64,000 nt of DNA from an uncultured Candidatus Saccharibacteria bacterium (lineage in GTDB: Bacteria; Patescibacteriota; Minisyncoccia; Phycocordibacterales; PALSA-1337): assembly GCA_964367745.1 (NCBI GenBank), contig CAYIYK010000002.1, forward strand, positions 4,447 to 68,446. Reading direction: 5' to 3'. Position numbers and translations under genes: made by a program. Of the stretch, positions 18,279-27,912 are shown in pieces (position 1 is the first letter of the stretch; each line of letters opens with the position of its first letter). The notes under the pieces are model-generated. The model saw only the letters and a program-made list of their open reading frames with translations, made no database searches and was not told where the DNA came from.

Positions 18279-18337
18279 AAGAATATTATATCATGAATTA
18301 TCTTTAGTTATAAACACAAGAAGTTGAAAGTGGTTTC

Positions 18338-18596
18338 CTCCAAGACTCGGAAGTTTTCTTGCTCGAAAACTTCCTATTCCGGCACCGTCGTGCCTACATA
18401 GTCTTGTCGAAAACCCTTTCAACTTCCTGTGCCAACATTTTTCTTTGCCTAGTCACCGTGCCAATAAGGAGCGTTTCTTCAATATTAAATTCAGTATCAT
18501 CAAGATAAAAGATAGAATTGTTTTTGACAAGACTGTGGATGTGCGACGGCACAGAAACAGGGAGTTTTTTACCAAAAAAACTCCCGAGTCTTGGAG
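18338..18596. other. Intergenic element bounded by an 11-bp perfect (about 15-bp imperfect) inverted repeat, with internal hairpins; candidate structured RNA or MITE-like element
   Basis: Left arm cctCCAAGACTCGGaag (18337-18353); right arm ctCCGAGTCTTGGagaag (18581-18599). Internal perfect 10-bp hairpin ggaagttttc/gaaaacttcc (18348-18373) and hairpin GGGAGTTTTTT-acca-AAAAAACTCCC (18560-18585). Confidence 0.3.
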
Positions 18597-18619
18597 AAGA
18601 CAATTCTATCTTTTCTGTT

Positions 18620-21091
18620 TTATAAGCATATCAAACTAGCCAGTGAATCCCCATCTCTTAACTTCATAACTCTAACTCCTTGAGTAGATCTTCCTAGAGT
18701 TGGAATTTCATTTAGATCAACACGTATTACCTGACTCTTCTTTGACATAGCTACCATTTCCTTTATATCTTCTGTTACAACCTTCGCTGCGATTAGCGGA
18801 CCAGTCTTCTCGGTAACATTCATAGTTAGAATACCTGAACCTCCTCTATTTTGGACCTTGTATTCATCAAGCTTTGTTTGTTTTCCATATCCATTTTCAC
18901 CCATAACGAATAGTTTTGGATTCTTTGCATCTTTTGCTACAACATCAGCACTGATCACTGCATCATCTTTTCCAAGTTTTATTATTCTAACCCCTGCAGC
19001 ATTTCTACCCATTTCTCTTACATCTTCTGCTTCAAATCGTATTGATTGACCATCTCGTGTTGCTATAACTATAGTATCTGGTTTTGAAACAAATGAAGCT
19101 GATATCAATTCATCTTTATCTTCCAAAGTAATAGCGATAAGTCCCGATCTTCGAACATCATGAAAATGTTTCGCTGAACTCTTTTTACCTGTTCCATTCT
19201 TCGTAACCATCATAAGAGCAAGATTCTCTGCTTCCTTTTTATTCTTTGGCATTGGTAGAATAGATGTTATCTTTTCTCCATCAGAAAGTGATAGGAAGTT
19301 CATAACAGACTTTCCTCGAGTGGCTCTCTTTCCCTCTGGAAGATCGTACATTTTTATTTGATATGCTTTTCCTTTATCAGTAAAGAATAGTAGATCATTG
19401 TGTGCATTCGCATATACAAGATGAGTTATGAAGTCCTCTTCTTTTGTATCCAAATCGACAACTCCAACACCACCACGTTTCTGTTGTCGATACTCATCTG
19501 GATTTGTTCTCTTTATATAGCCTCCCTTTGTAAGTACGAGTACACTTTCTTCATCTGGTATCAAATCTTCAGGATTAAAGTCTTTCAAACCATGCTTGAT
19601 AAGACGAGTTCTTCTCTCATCTCCATACTTTGCTTTTATTTCAGTCAATTCGTCTTTTATTATTCCTCTTACTTTCTTTTCACTACCTAGAATTTCTTTT
19701 AATTTCTCTATTAACTCTTGTACTTCTGCCAATTCATCAAGAACTTTCTTTCTTTCAAGGCCTGCGAGCTTTTGTAGTCTCATTTCAAGAATTGCTGTAG
19801 CTTGTTTCTCTGAGAATTTAAACTTCTTCATCAAGTTTGCATGTGCTTCTACAGCGTCTTTTGATGCACGGATAAGAGTGATGATTTCATCGATATGGTC
19901 TAGGGCCTTTTTTAGACCTAGCAAGATATGTTCTCTTTCTTCAGCTTTGTTTAGATCAAAAGTTGTTCTTCGTCTTATAACCTCTACTCTATGAGTAACG
20001 AATTCTTCTAGAATAGATTTTAGAGAAAGGGTTTGTGGAACACCATTTACTAGTGCAACGGTGTTTACATGGAATGTATCTTCTAGTTGAGTGTGTTTGT
20101 ATATATAGTTTAAAACCTTCTCTGGATATGCACCGTTCTTAAGATCGATAACGATTCGCATCTCTTTATCTGATTCATCTCGAAGGCCCTTTATACCTTC
20201 AATAGCTTTGTCTCTTACTAGATCTGCGATTTTTATGATAAGTTCTGATTTGTTAACACGATAAGGAATAGAGGAAATAATTATTTGAAATTGTCCCTTT
20301 TTATCTTCTACTATTTCTGCTTCTCCACGAACAACAATACCTCCACGTCCTGTAGAATATGCATGTTGAATATCCTTTTCTCCATACATAATACCTCCTG
20401 TTGGAAAGTCTGGACCTTTTATAAACTGCAGTAGATCGTCTGTTGTTGCATTTTTGTTTTCTATCAAGTGCATTGTTGCATCAACAACTTCATTTAAGTT
20501 GTGGGGTGCAATGTTTGTCGCCATACCTACAGCAATACCTAGTGTTCCATTCAAAAGAAGATTTGGAACTGCTGTTGGAAGAACGACTGGTTCTTTTCTA
20601 GTACCGTCATAGTTTGGTCGGAAATCTACCGTATCTTTTTCTATATCTCTTAAAAGTTCTGCAGCTGGACGTGACATCTTCGCTTCTGTATATCGCATTG
20701 CCGCTTGAGGATCTCCATCAATGTTACCGAAGTTTCCTTGTCCAAGGATAAGCTGATATCTCATCTTAAAGTCTTGAGCCATACCAACCATAGAATCATA
20801 AACCGCAACGTCACCGTGAGGGTGATAGTTACCAAGCACATCTCCCACTACTACAGCAGACTTTCGAAACTTCGCAGAGGCTGTAAGACCTTTTTCATGC
20901 ATAGCATAAAGGATTCTTCTGTGTACAGGCTTCAAACCATCACGCACATCTGGTAGTGCACGCGCTGTAATAACTGACATAGCATAGTCGAGATATGACT
21001 CTCGCATTTCAGCTGTAATATTTCTAGCGACGATTCCAAGAGCTGGATCTCGTGGTTCAGGTTCAGCAGTAATTTCAGGTTTTTTTGCCAT
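18620..21091 (-). CDS. gyrA: DNA gyrase subunit A
   Basis: [28 protein letters not shown] and the C-terminal beta-pinwheel repeats. Confidence 0.95.
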   Translation of the reverse strand: MAKKPEITAEPEPRDPALGIVARNITAEMRESYLDYAMSVITARALPDVRDGLKPVHRRILYAMHEKGLTASAKFRKSAVVVGDVLGNYHPHGDVAVYDSMVGMAQDFKMRYQLILGQGNFGNIDGDPQAAMRYTEAKMSRPAAELLRDIEKDTVDFRPNYDGTRKEPVVLPTAVPNLLLNGTLGIAVGMATNIAPHNLNEVVDATMHLIENKNATTDDLLQFIKGPDFPTGGIMYGEKDIQHAYSTGRGGIVVRGEAEIVEDKKGQFQIIISSIPYRVNKSELIIKIADLVRDKAIEGIKGLRDESDKEMRIVIDLKNGAYPEKVLNYIYKHTQLEDTFHVNTVALVNGVPQTLSLKSILEEFVTHRVEVIRRRTTFDLNKAEEREHILLGLKKALDHIDEIITLIRASKDAVEAHANLMKKFKFSEKQATAILEMRLQKLAGLERKKVLDELAEVQELIEKLKEILGSEKKVRGIIKDELTEIKAKYGDERRTRLIKHGLKDFNPEDLIPDEESVLVLTKGGYIKRTNPDEYRQQKRGGVGVVDLDTKEEDFITHLVYANAHNDLLFFTDKGKAYQIKMYDLPEGKRATRGKSVMNFLSLSDGEKITSILPMPKNKKEAENLALMMVTKNGTGKKSSAKHFHDVRRSGLIAITLEDKDELISASFVSKPDTIVIATRDGQSIRFEAEDVREMGRNAAGVRIIKLGKDDAVISADVVAKDAKNPKLFVMGENGYGKQTKLDEYKVQNRGGSGILTMNVTEKTGPLIAAKVVTEDIKEMVAMSKKSQVIRVDLNEIPTLGRSTQGVRVMKLRDGDSLASLICL

Positions 21092-21204
21092 AGTTTTGTG
21101 GTATTTTTGATAATTTTATTTAAAAAGTATATCAAAAAACTATAACTTTGTCGCTATTTGATTGTGTTGACATAGCATATTTAGTATCATAGAGTATCGG
21201 TAGA

Positions 21205-21489
21205 ATGAGTACAAAAAACATCCTATTTGAAACGGTAAGTACTGCTCTCATCACAACATTATTCATCATCGGTATCATAAAAGGTAGTGTGATATTTTGT
21301 ATCTTAATGTGGATCACTGGCGGGGCTTTTGCTTTCGAAATCAACGTTGGCATACATTTCCTACTTTTCCGAAAACAGAAAAAGAGACATATCGGAACAT
21401 TCTGTTTATTCGTAATTTTCGGTTTAATCGGACTTTTGTACAGTACATACGTGTACTTTGACTGTTATCTCTCTGAAATCAAAAAGTAG
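21205..21489 (+). CDS. Small hypothetical membrane protein (3 TM)
   Basis: Hydrophobic ORF downstream of a TTGACA box at 21167. Confidence 0.35.
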   Translation: MSTKNILFETVSTALITTLFIIGIIKGSVIFCILMWITGGAFAFEINVGIHFLLFRKQKKRHIGTFCLFVIFGLIGLLYSTYVYFDCYLSEIKK

Positions 21490-21561
21490 ATTATGTTGGG
21501 AATTCACTCAAAATCTCGCTTGTGGCTTCTGCCCGGGCGATTTTCTTTTATAAAATTTATA

Positions 21562-21864
21562 TTATCTCTTCCCTCCTTTTACTTCGATAGGCGCACTATA
21601 TTCGATTTTATTTGAACCAGAAAACATAGACTTAAGATCATCAAAAAGTCCTGACACTGAAGCAGTAAGAGCTGATGCTGGAGCTTCGACTTTTGTCTCT
21701 GAATCTGTATCCTTTTTATCCAAAACTATCGGTGTCTTGTGTAAACCATAAGAAGCAATCCATCCAACGAATATTAGAGTTGATATAGAAAACGAAATCA
21801 AAAAAGCATATCTTTTTTTAATATGTTCAGGCTTTGATCTCATATTTTCAATATGTTCAAGCAT
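21562..21864 (-). CDS. Hypothetical single-TM protein
   Basis: ORF with one TM helix (LISFSISTLIFVGWIASYGL). Confidence 0.4.
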   Translation of the reverse strand: MLEHIENMRSKPEHIKKRYAFLISFSISTLIFVGWIASYGLHKTPIVLDKKDTDSETKVEAPASALTASVSGLFDDLKSMFSGSNKIEYSAPIEVKGGKR

Positions 21865-21898
21865 GTTTTAATTTTAACATAGAAAAACCAAACACAAA

Positions 21899-22537
21899 CT
21901 ATTCATTCACTGAATCGAGCAGGATAATGTCACCTTCTTTACCTTCTAGATCCTTTTTCTTAAGTGTGAGCTTTGATTCTGATTTTGGATTCTCTCCTGC
22001 TTCTTTCAAAAAGACTTTCAAAGCATCATTTGCTCCGACATCGCCGTAATGCATCGGTATTATTATTTTTGGTTCAAGAGAAACTGCGAGTTTGTATGCT
22101 TTTACTGGATCCAATACTCCATCACCACCTATTGGTACAAAAAGAATGTCTATTTCGTCCAAAGCTTCTACTGTTTCATTCTTTAATTCTGAATTGTTCA
22201 AAGCACCTAGGAAACAAATGTTCATATTTTCCAAAGATACTGTATATATTGTGTTCACTAGATCCTTTCCGCCATACTTTGACTCTGAAGGAAGCCCTTT
22301 TATAAAAACTTCTTTGACTTCATATTCACCAGGACCTGATATAACGAAAGGCTTTTTGTCTCCATGACTTACCTGTTCAACACCGTTGAAATCAGCATGA
22401 TATGTAGTAGAAAGAACAATATCAGCACCGAAACGACTAGATTTTAGTTTTGAATCTTTTGAAATAGGATTAAAAGCCAAAGTTGTATCTCCGAATTGAA
22501 CCTTAAAAAATTCTCCTCCGTAATATGTAATTATCAT
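21899..22537 (-). CDS. Metallo-beta-lactamase-fold hydrolase (UPF0173-like)
   Basis: Pattern conserved in small MBL-fold hydrolases: ...FGADIVLSTTYHADF...PIGG...IIPMHYGD. Confidence 0.55.
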   Translation of the reverse strand: MIITYYGGEFFKVQFGDTTLAFNPISKDSKLKSSRFGADIVLSTTYHADFNGVEQVSHGDKKPFVISGPGEYEVKEVFIKGLPSESKYGGKDLVNTIYTVSLENMNICFLGALNNSELKNETVEALDEIDILFVPIGGDGVLDPVKAYKLAVSLEPKIIIPMHYGDVGANDALKVFLKEAGENPKSESKLTLKKKDLEGKEGDIILLDSVNE

Positions 22538-22578
22538 AGTAAATGCATTATAACAGAAAGATATGTTATCGTTAATAG

Positions 22579-23253
22579 ATGCAAGAAAATATATGGGAAA
22601 AAGAGTACAAAAACCCCACTCTAGTAAGTCTCAGTGATATTCCGGCACAATGTGTGCGCGATTTTGTGCGCTTCTTAAGAAAAGAAAGAAGTGTAGAGAT
22701 TGATAATAAAAATATACTAGACCTTGGTTGTGGTAATGGAAAAAATAGTCACTATATAGCTGAACAAGGTTTAAATAATAAAATCACTGGAATCGAAATA
22801 TCCGAAACCGCTCTTTCATTTGCAAAGAATCTAGTCCCAAACGGGAATTTTATAAAACAAAGTATTGGAACTCCTCTCAACTTCCCTGATTCCTCTTTTG
22901 ATATTATTTTAGATGTTACAAGCTCAAATTCTTTAAATGAAAATGAACGCGATATTTATTTAAAAGAAATTCACAGACTTATAAAGCCTGATGGATACTT
23001 TTTTCTAAGAACACTATGTAAAGATGGAGACAAAAACGCTCAAAGTCTACTAAAAACAAATCCAGGCAAAGAATATGATACTTATATTATGCCTTCACTT
23101 GGTCTTACTGAGAGAGTTTTTTCAAAAGAGGATTTGATAAAAATGTATTCAATATTTGGCGAACCTTTATATTTAAAAAAAGAGACTCACTATACAAAGT
23201 TCAACAATCAGTCATATAAGCGGAACTTTTGGGTTGGGGTGTGGAAAAAATAG
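22579..23253 (+). CDS. Class I SAM-dependent methyltransferase
   Basis: Motif I ILDLGCGNGKNSHYIAEQG. Confidence 0.7.
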   Translation: MQENIWEKEYKNPTLVSLSDIPAQCVRDFVRFLRKERSVEIDNKNILDLGCGNGKNSHYIAEQGLNNKITGIEISETALSFAKNLVPNGNFIKQSIGTPLNFPDSSFDIILDVTSSNSLNENERDIYLKEIHRLIKPDGYFFLRTLCKDGDKNAQSLLKTNPGKEYDTYIMPSLGLTERVFSKEDLIKMYSIFGEPLYLKKETHYTKFNNQSYKRNFWVGVWKK

Positions 23254-23306
23254 ACAAATACAAATCAAATATTACAAAAGTATAGGCGTATGTTATAGTA
23301 CTTACG

Positions 23307-23561
23307 GATCGATATTCCTATGAAAACATCAAGAGACGGTTCGTGTATACCGAGTTGCACGAGAGTAAGAGTGGTATTCTCACCTCACACACTCGCCCTT
23401 CGAGAGAAGGTCCAACAAGAGCTCAGGATGCTCGAACAAGTACCTGGAGCCGTACCGCAGGTTAACATTGGTGGCTTTCCACCAAGGACTTTTGTAACAG
23501 ACAAAGTCTGATGATACTCATTTATCGAAACTTCGCATAACACATATGCGGAGTTTTTTTA
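23307..23561 (+). ncRNA. Candidate structured sRNA 1 (about 255 nt, about 50% GC), unknown family. It contains a 63-codon ORF that could instead be a small protein.
   Basis: Promoter TTACAA - 16 nt - TGtTATAGT at 23273-23300. Intrinsic terminator cttcgcata-acaca-tatgcggag + TTTTTTT at 23531-23560. GC content far above the flanking DNA. Lies between convergent genes. Confidence 0.3.
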
Positions 23562-23601
23562 ATTCAATTGCTTTTTTAGTTAAATCAGTTATTATATAGA
23601 T

Positions 23602-23687
23602 GTGTCTGCGGGTCGTCAGACCTATCTAGTCCTTTGTGAGCTGGAGACAGACACATTAAAGTATGCCACCTTGTGTGGCATTTTTTA
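23602..23687 (+). ncRNA. Candidate sRNA 2 (about 85 nt)
   Basis: Promoter TTGCTT - 16 nt - TATTAT at 23568-23595. Long-range stem GUGUCUG...CAGACAC. Terminator atgccac-cttg-tgtggcat + TTTTTT at 23663-23687. Confidence 0.3.
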
Positions 23688-23801
23688 ATAATCATTATCC
23701 ACAACTTTCTTGATTTTATGGGTAAAAAAAGTTAGTATATTCTTATGGACTGGAGGTATCTTCCAGTCGGCAAAGCCTCGAGAAATCGGGGTTTTTGCTT
23801 T

Positions 23802-24644
23802 TTAAGGCCATTCTTTTAAGCCATAATCCCCATAATCACCAAGATAGATATATTTACGAACCAAGTCAAAAAGCTTATTATCTATATCCTTAGGGTCTCT
23901 TGCGTGACGTGCAAAAGGGTAAGTACAGTAATCTACCATTTGGGTACCATTAACATTATCTTGTTTTGTAAAGAATAGGATTTGTTCATTTATATTTTTG
24001 AATCGATCTTTTGAACAATAGAAAGTTCCATTATTTCTTGCATTAGTTAATACTCCTTGTATCTTTCTACTTTCTTTATTTCCTCGTGTTTCGAAGATGA
24101 TTTTTGCTGTATCATTATTAAGAAAATGACCTATTCTTTCAAGGACCCAATCAACATTGCGTAAATATAAATCTCCAGGATTGTATTTCTGACCAGAAAT
24201 ACTTTCAAATTTTTCAGCTTTTTTCAAAAGTTTCATTTTATTAATGGATGAGGATATGATAGTTACAGAACTTTTTTCCAAAGTCTCAATCATCTTTTCT
24301 TTAAAGTAGGTATAATTATCTTCATTGAGTAGTTCTTTAAAAATACCGTCCTTCCTTCTTATTTCATTAGAATGAAAATGTATATCTCGGTTATGCCAAA
24401 ATTTTTCCTTAATTTCATCCATTGATGGGACCATTAGTTCCTGATAGACTTTTCTATCAACGATTAGAGCTGTGACTGTCATAACTGGAAAAACAGTAGG
24501 ATGATCATACTTTTTAATATCTTTATGCATGAATGGGTCTCCAGTTTCATCAATAAAAACCAAGTATCTTTCTGGTACCTTAAAAATCTCATTTTCTTTC
24601 AGATCACATTTCTGTATTTGCATCTTAGTGGCTGTATTATACAA
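23802..24644 (-). CDS. DUF3800-family protein
   Basis: N-terminal YLVFIDETGDP matches the DUF3800 signature (x-IDESG). Confidence 0.6.
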   Translation of the reverse strand: MYNTATKMQIQKCDLKENEIFKVPERYLVFIDETGDPFMHKDIKKYDHPTVFPVMTVTALIVDRKVYQELMVPSMDEIKEKFWHNRDIHFHSNEIRRKDGIFKELLNEDNYTYFKEKMIETLEKSSVTIISSSINKMKLLKKAEKFESISGQKYNPGDLYLRNVDWVLERIGHFLNNDTAKIIFETRGNKESRKIQGVLTNARNNGTFYCSKDRFKNINEQILFFTKQDNVNGTQMVDYCTYPFARHARDPKDIDNKLFDLVRKYIYLGDYGDYGLKEWP

Positions 24645-24821
24645 GAAATATTATTCCTTTAAAAAAAAATATTTCCTAGACATTTCCCCTTTTTTATACT
24701 ATAGTACCCTCCAAGGCATTTATATTATTTATTTAATATTTAAGCCATTTATTAACAACTATATACGCTAAACCCGCACATTTATATTATTAGTTTAAAA
24801 AGCGGACCGTATATTATAAAT

Positions 24822-25979
24822 ATGATCAAAAAAACAAAAGAAGTAGTTAAGGAAGTAGTGGCTGAAGAAAAGCCAAAGAAGGTTAAAAAGGAGAAGGTAA
24901 TCGTAGAACCAAAGCTTGATACAGTTATGGATAGAATAATCCATGATTCAGCTAATCCACCTATCATAGGTGACTTGGTAGAAGGACCAGTTATAAATAT
25001 AGAGAAGTCAGCAGTTTATATCGACCTAGCACCTTTCGGTACTGGTATTATATACGGTCGTGAATACATCACAGCTAGAGATATTATAAAGAAAATAAAC
25101 ATCGGCGACGTTGTAGCTGCAAAAGTAGTTGAAACAGATAATAAAGAAGGCTATATAGAACTTTCTCTAAAAGAAGCTCGACAAGCACTTATCTGGAGTG
25201 AAGCTGAAGTTGCAATAAACAATAAGACAACTCTAGAGCTTCCTATTATCGAAGCAAATAAAGGTGGACTTATCGTTCAATGGCAAGGTATTTCAGGATT
25301 CCTACCAGCTTCTCAACTAAAAACAGAACATTATCCTCGTGTAGCTGATGGCGACAAAGATAAGATTCTAGAAGAATTGAAGAAACTAGTTGGAACAAAG
25401 ATTTCAGTTTCAATCATTTCAGCAATTCCAAAGGAAGGCAAACTTATTTTTTCTGAAAAGACTCCAGAATCAAAGGATAAAGAGAAGATTGTTGGAAAAT
25501 ACAAAGTAGATGATGTTATAGAAGGCACAGTAACAGGAATCGTAGACTTTGGAGTTTTCGTAAAGCTTGAAGATGGTCTAGAAGGTTTAGTGCACATATC
25601 AGAAATCGATTGGTCACTAATAGAAGATCCTAGAGCATTGTTTAAGGTAGGACAAAAGATAAAAGTAAAAGTAATTGAGATCAAAGAAGGAAAAGTTTCT
25701 CTATCTCTAAAAGCTTTGAAAGAAAATCCATGGGTAGAAGCTTCAAAGAAGTACAAGAAGGATCAGCAAGTTCAAGGAGTTGTTATAAAGTTCAATAAGC
25801 ATGGAGCTTTGGCATCTATTGAAGAAGGAATTGCGGGTCTAGTACATATATCAGAATTCGGTTCTGAAGAAAAACTAAGAAAGACTTTGGCACTTGGAAA
25901 ATCTTATGACTTTAAAATCACTTTGTTTGATGTAAAAGAACAAAAGATGGCATTGTCATTTATTGGGGAGAAGAAATAA
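24822..25979 (+). CDS. rpsA: 30S ribosomal protein S1 (short, four S1 domains)
   Basis: Repeated S1-domain signatures: GDLVEGPVINI...GTGIIYGREY, GDVVAAKVVE, EGTVTGIVDFGVFVKL, VQGVVIKFNKHGA. Confidence 0.8.
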   Translation: MIKKTKEVVKEVVAEEKPKKVKKEKVIVEPKLDTVMDRIIHDSANPPIIGDLVEGPVINIEKSAVYIDLAPFGTGIIYGREYITARDIIKKINIGDVVAAKVVETDNKEGYIELSLKEARQALIWSEAEVAINNKTTLELPIIEANKGGLIVQWQGISGFLPASQLKTEHYPRVADGDKDKILEELKKLVGTKISVSIISAIPKEGKLIFSEKTPESKDKEKIVGKYKVDDVIEGTVTGIVDFGVFVKLEDGLEGLVHISEIDWSLIEDPRALFKVGQKIKVKVIEIKEGKVSLSLKALKENPWVEASKKYKKDQQVQGVVIKFNKHGALASIEEGIAGLVHISEFGSEEKLRKTLALGKSYDFKITLFDVKEQKMALSFIGEKK

Positions 25980-26081
25980 AGATCAATAATTAGACATTTG
26001 CATTTATTTTATTGTTGTATATACTGATACTGTATCAACACGAAAAAGGATCCGAACGGAGAAATACCTAAGGAGCCTTTT

Positions 26082-26594
26082 TCATTTACGGACATATTTT
26101 ATTTTTTCTTTAGTGTATTGATCTTCTAGATAATCGAAGAATTCTGAACCCAATACTTGGTATAACGATGAAGCATATTGTTTGTTGGGAAACAACATTT
26201 TTCCAAATTTACTCTTCTTTATTAGATAATCTACCAACTTTTTATAATCACCATCTCCAGATACGATGAGAACTTTATTAAAAACTTCTTGATCAACTAA
26301 TTTCTTCATAAGTTCGAAAATGATATCAGAATCTACATTTCCCTTCTTATTTCCTCTAAGAGTTTGTGAATGTTCTTTGAATAGTAGATTGAAACCAGCT
26401 TTCTCTAAATTTCTATATAAATCTCGTTCTTTCTCTGTCATATAGCCTATAAAATAATAAGCTTCCTTTACATGATATTTTTCAGTTAAATAAATTCTAA
26501 AACGAGTATGGTCTATAGACCATCCATTATCTCTTGTACCGAGATACAGATTTTGACCATCGATAAAAGCGATGTTTGATATTTTTTCATTCAT
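26082..26594 (-). CDS. NYN/LabA-like PIN-domain protein
   Basis: IAFIDGQNLY...DSDIIFELM...LIVSGDGDY. Confidence 0.65.
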   Translation of the reverse strand: MNEKISNIAFIDGQNLYLGTRDNGWSIDHTRFRIYLTEKYHVKEAYYFIGYMTEKERDLYRNLEKAGFNLLFKEHSQTLRGNKKGNVDSDIIFELMKKLVDQEVFNKVLIVSGDGDYKKLVDYLIKKSKFGKMLFPNKQYASSLYQVLGSEFFDYLEDQYTKEKIKYVRK

Positions 26595-26682
26595 CTACCA
26601 AACTTAGCAAACCGAGATAAAATCTATTTAAAATCTAAATAAAATTGGAATAAAATACTGTATTGCTATTATTTAGACCTGT

Positions 26683-27267
26683 TTACCCCGCATTAAACAC
26701 ACTCATAGCCTTCTCTCTCCCCTCTTTAATCAAAACTGGGATTATCTCTTCTACAGTCTTCCCCATCTTTTTTATCTCTTTCATTTCATCATCTTTAAAC
26801 TTACCCAATATAAATTTCTCTATCTTTTCATCTCCATGTGGAACTTTTGCATCACCTTTTGCGGTTTCTGGAGCAACACCAATTCTTATTCTTACAAAAG
26901 CTTCGGTCTTTACTGATTTTATTATTGATTCAATACCATTATGTCCTCCTGAACTTCGATTGTATGAAATTCGAATTTTCCCCATAGGTAAATTGAAATC
27001 ATCATAAATAACAACTAACTTTTCAGCTGCTTTTATACTTTTTACAAGACTCGCGACAGATTTCCCTGAATTATTCATAAAAGTATCTGGAGCAACTAGC
27101 TTTACTTTTTCTTTTCCTACTTTTATTTCAGAAATGTGAGCATTTATTTTTTTATCAAAAGAAAATTCTTCATCTGTTAACGATTGTAAAATAATTCTTC
27201 CGGTATTGTGACGAGTATTTTCATATTCTTCACCCGGATTACCCAAACCAACGATTATGTATGCCAT
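26683..27267 (-). CDS. pth: Peptidyl-tRNA hydrolase
   Basis: MAYIIVGLGNPGEEYENTRHNTG. Confidence 0.9.
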   Translation of the reverse strand: MAYIIVGLGNPGEEYENTRHNTGRIILQSLTDEEFSFDKKINAHISEIKVGKEKVKLVAPDTFMNNSGKSVASLVKSIKAAEKLVVIYDDFNLPMGKIRISYNRSSGGHNGIESIIKSVKTEAFVRIRIGVAPETAKGDAKVPHGDEKIEKFILGKFKDDEMKEIKKMGKTVEEIIPVLIKEGREKAMSVFNAG

Positions 27268-27330
27268 ATGACCATTATGTCACATACAAAAATCTTGTGT
27301 CAAACGAATATTGGCAGTACAATTATTCTA

Positions 27331-27912
27331 ATGAATCCTGAAATTCAAAAAAATTCTGAAATTGAAACTCCAAAAAAAGAAAATTTCTTTAAAGAAATAA
27401 TTAAATTCACTCTAATTGCTCTTGTTATCGTAATTCCAGTCAGAACATACATCGCTCAACCCTTCATAGTTAACGGTCCATCTATGGATCCGACATTTAA
27501 TACCGGACAATATTTAATAATCGATCAAATAAGTTACAGATTCAATGAACCAAAGAGAAATGATGTTATAGTTTTCAGATATCCAAACAATCCAAAAGTT
27601 TTTTATATTAAAAGAATCATCGGCCTTCCTGGAGAGACGGTTTCTATCGATACAGGAAAGGTTAGCATAATAAATTCTGAGAATCCTAAAGGAATGATTT
27701 TGCCTGATGACTATATAGCAAAGAATCATAGGACTAGTGAGACATACAGGACTACTTTGGGTGATAGTGAATACTTCGTTATGGGCGACAATCGCGCAGA
27801 GAGCTCTGACTCTAGACTTTGGGGTCCTCTTGATAAGAAATTCATAATGGGAAAACCGGTAGTAAGACTATTCCCTTTTACAAAGATTGATCTTGTACCA
27901 GGAAAAATATAA
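27331..27912 (+). CDS. lepB: Signal peptidase I (S26)
   Basis: VNGPSMDPTF...GDNRAESSDSRLWGPL. Start adjusted to MNPEIQ to avoid overlapping pth. Confidence 0.85.
   Translation: MNPEIQKNSEIETPKKENFFKEIIKFTLIALVIVIPVRTYIAQPFIVNGPSMDPTFNTGQYLIIDQISYRFNEPKRNDVIVFRYPNNPKVFYIKRIIGLPGETVSIDTGKVSIINSENPKGMILPDDYIAKNHRTSETYRTTLGDSEYFVMGDNRAESSDSRLWGPLDKKFIMGKPVVRLFPFTKIDLVPGKI

Noticed and set aside
18394-18603. The 69-codon ORF inside the inverted-repeat-bounded element
   Set aside because: It has no RBS, runs through multiple hairpins and terminator-like structure, and its sequence is low complexity. It is more likely non-coding.
18858-19994. Plus-strand ORFs inside gyrA (18858..19049, 19400..19690, 19596..19994), and the similar antisense ORFs inside uvrA, uvrB, valS, ftsZ (31262..32014) and rpsA (25331..25756)
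   Set aside because: They are antisense to well-supported conserved genes, with low-complexity Ser/Phe/Ile-rich translations typical of AT-rich antisense frames.
21167-21195. TTGACA box upstream of the 21205 small membrane gene as a full promoter
   Set aside because: No acceptable -10 hexamer at 16-18 bp spacing (the best is TAGAGT), and the ATG follows almost immediately, so it was not annotated.
23307-23561. Candidate sRNA 1 as RNase P RNA, tmRNA or SRP RNA
   Set aside because: Several motifs are either in the wrong 5'-3' order for RNase P or absent: GUAAGAGUGG / GAAGGUCCAACAAGAGCUC versus the RNase P CR motifs; no tmRNA tRNA-like ends or tag ORF; no SRP domain IV GGAA/AGCAGCC signature. 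At about 255 nt it is also too short for RNase P. The family is left unassigned.
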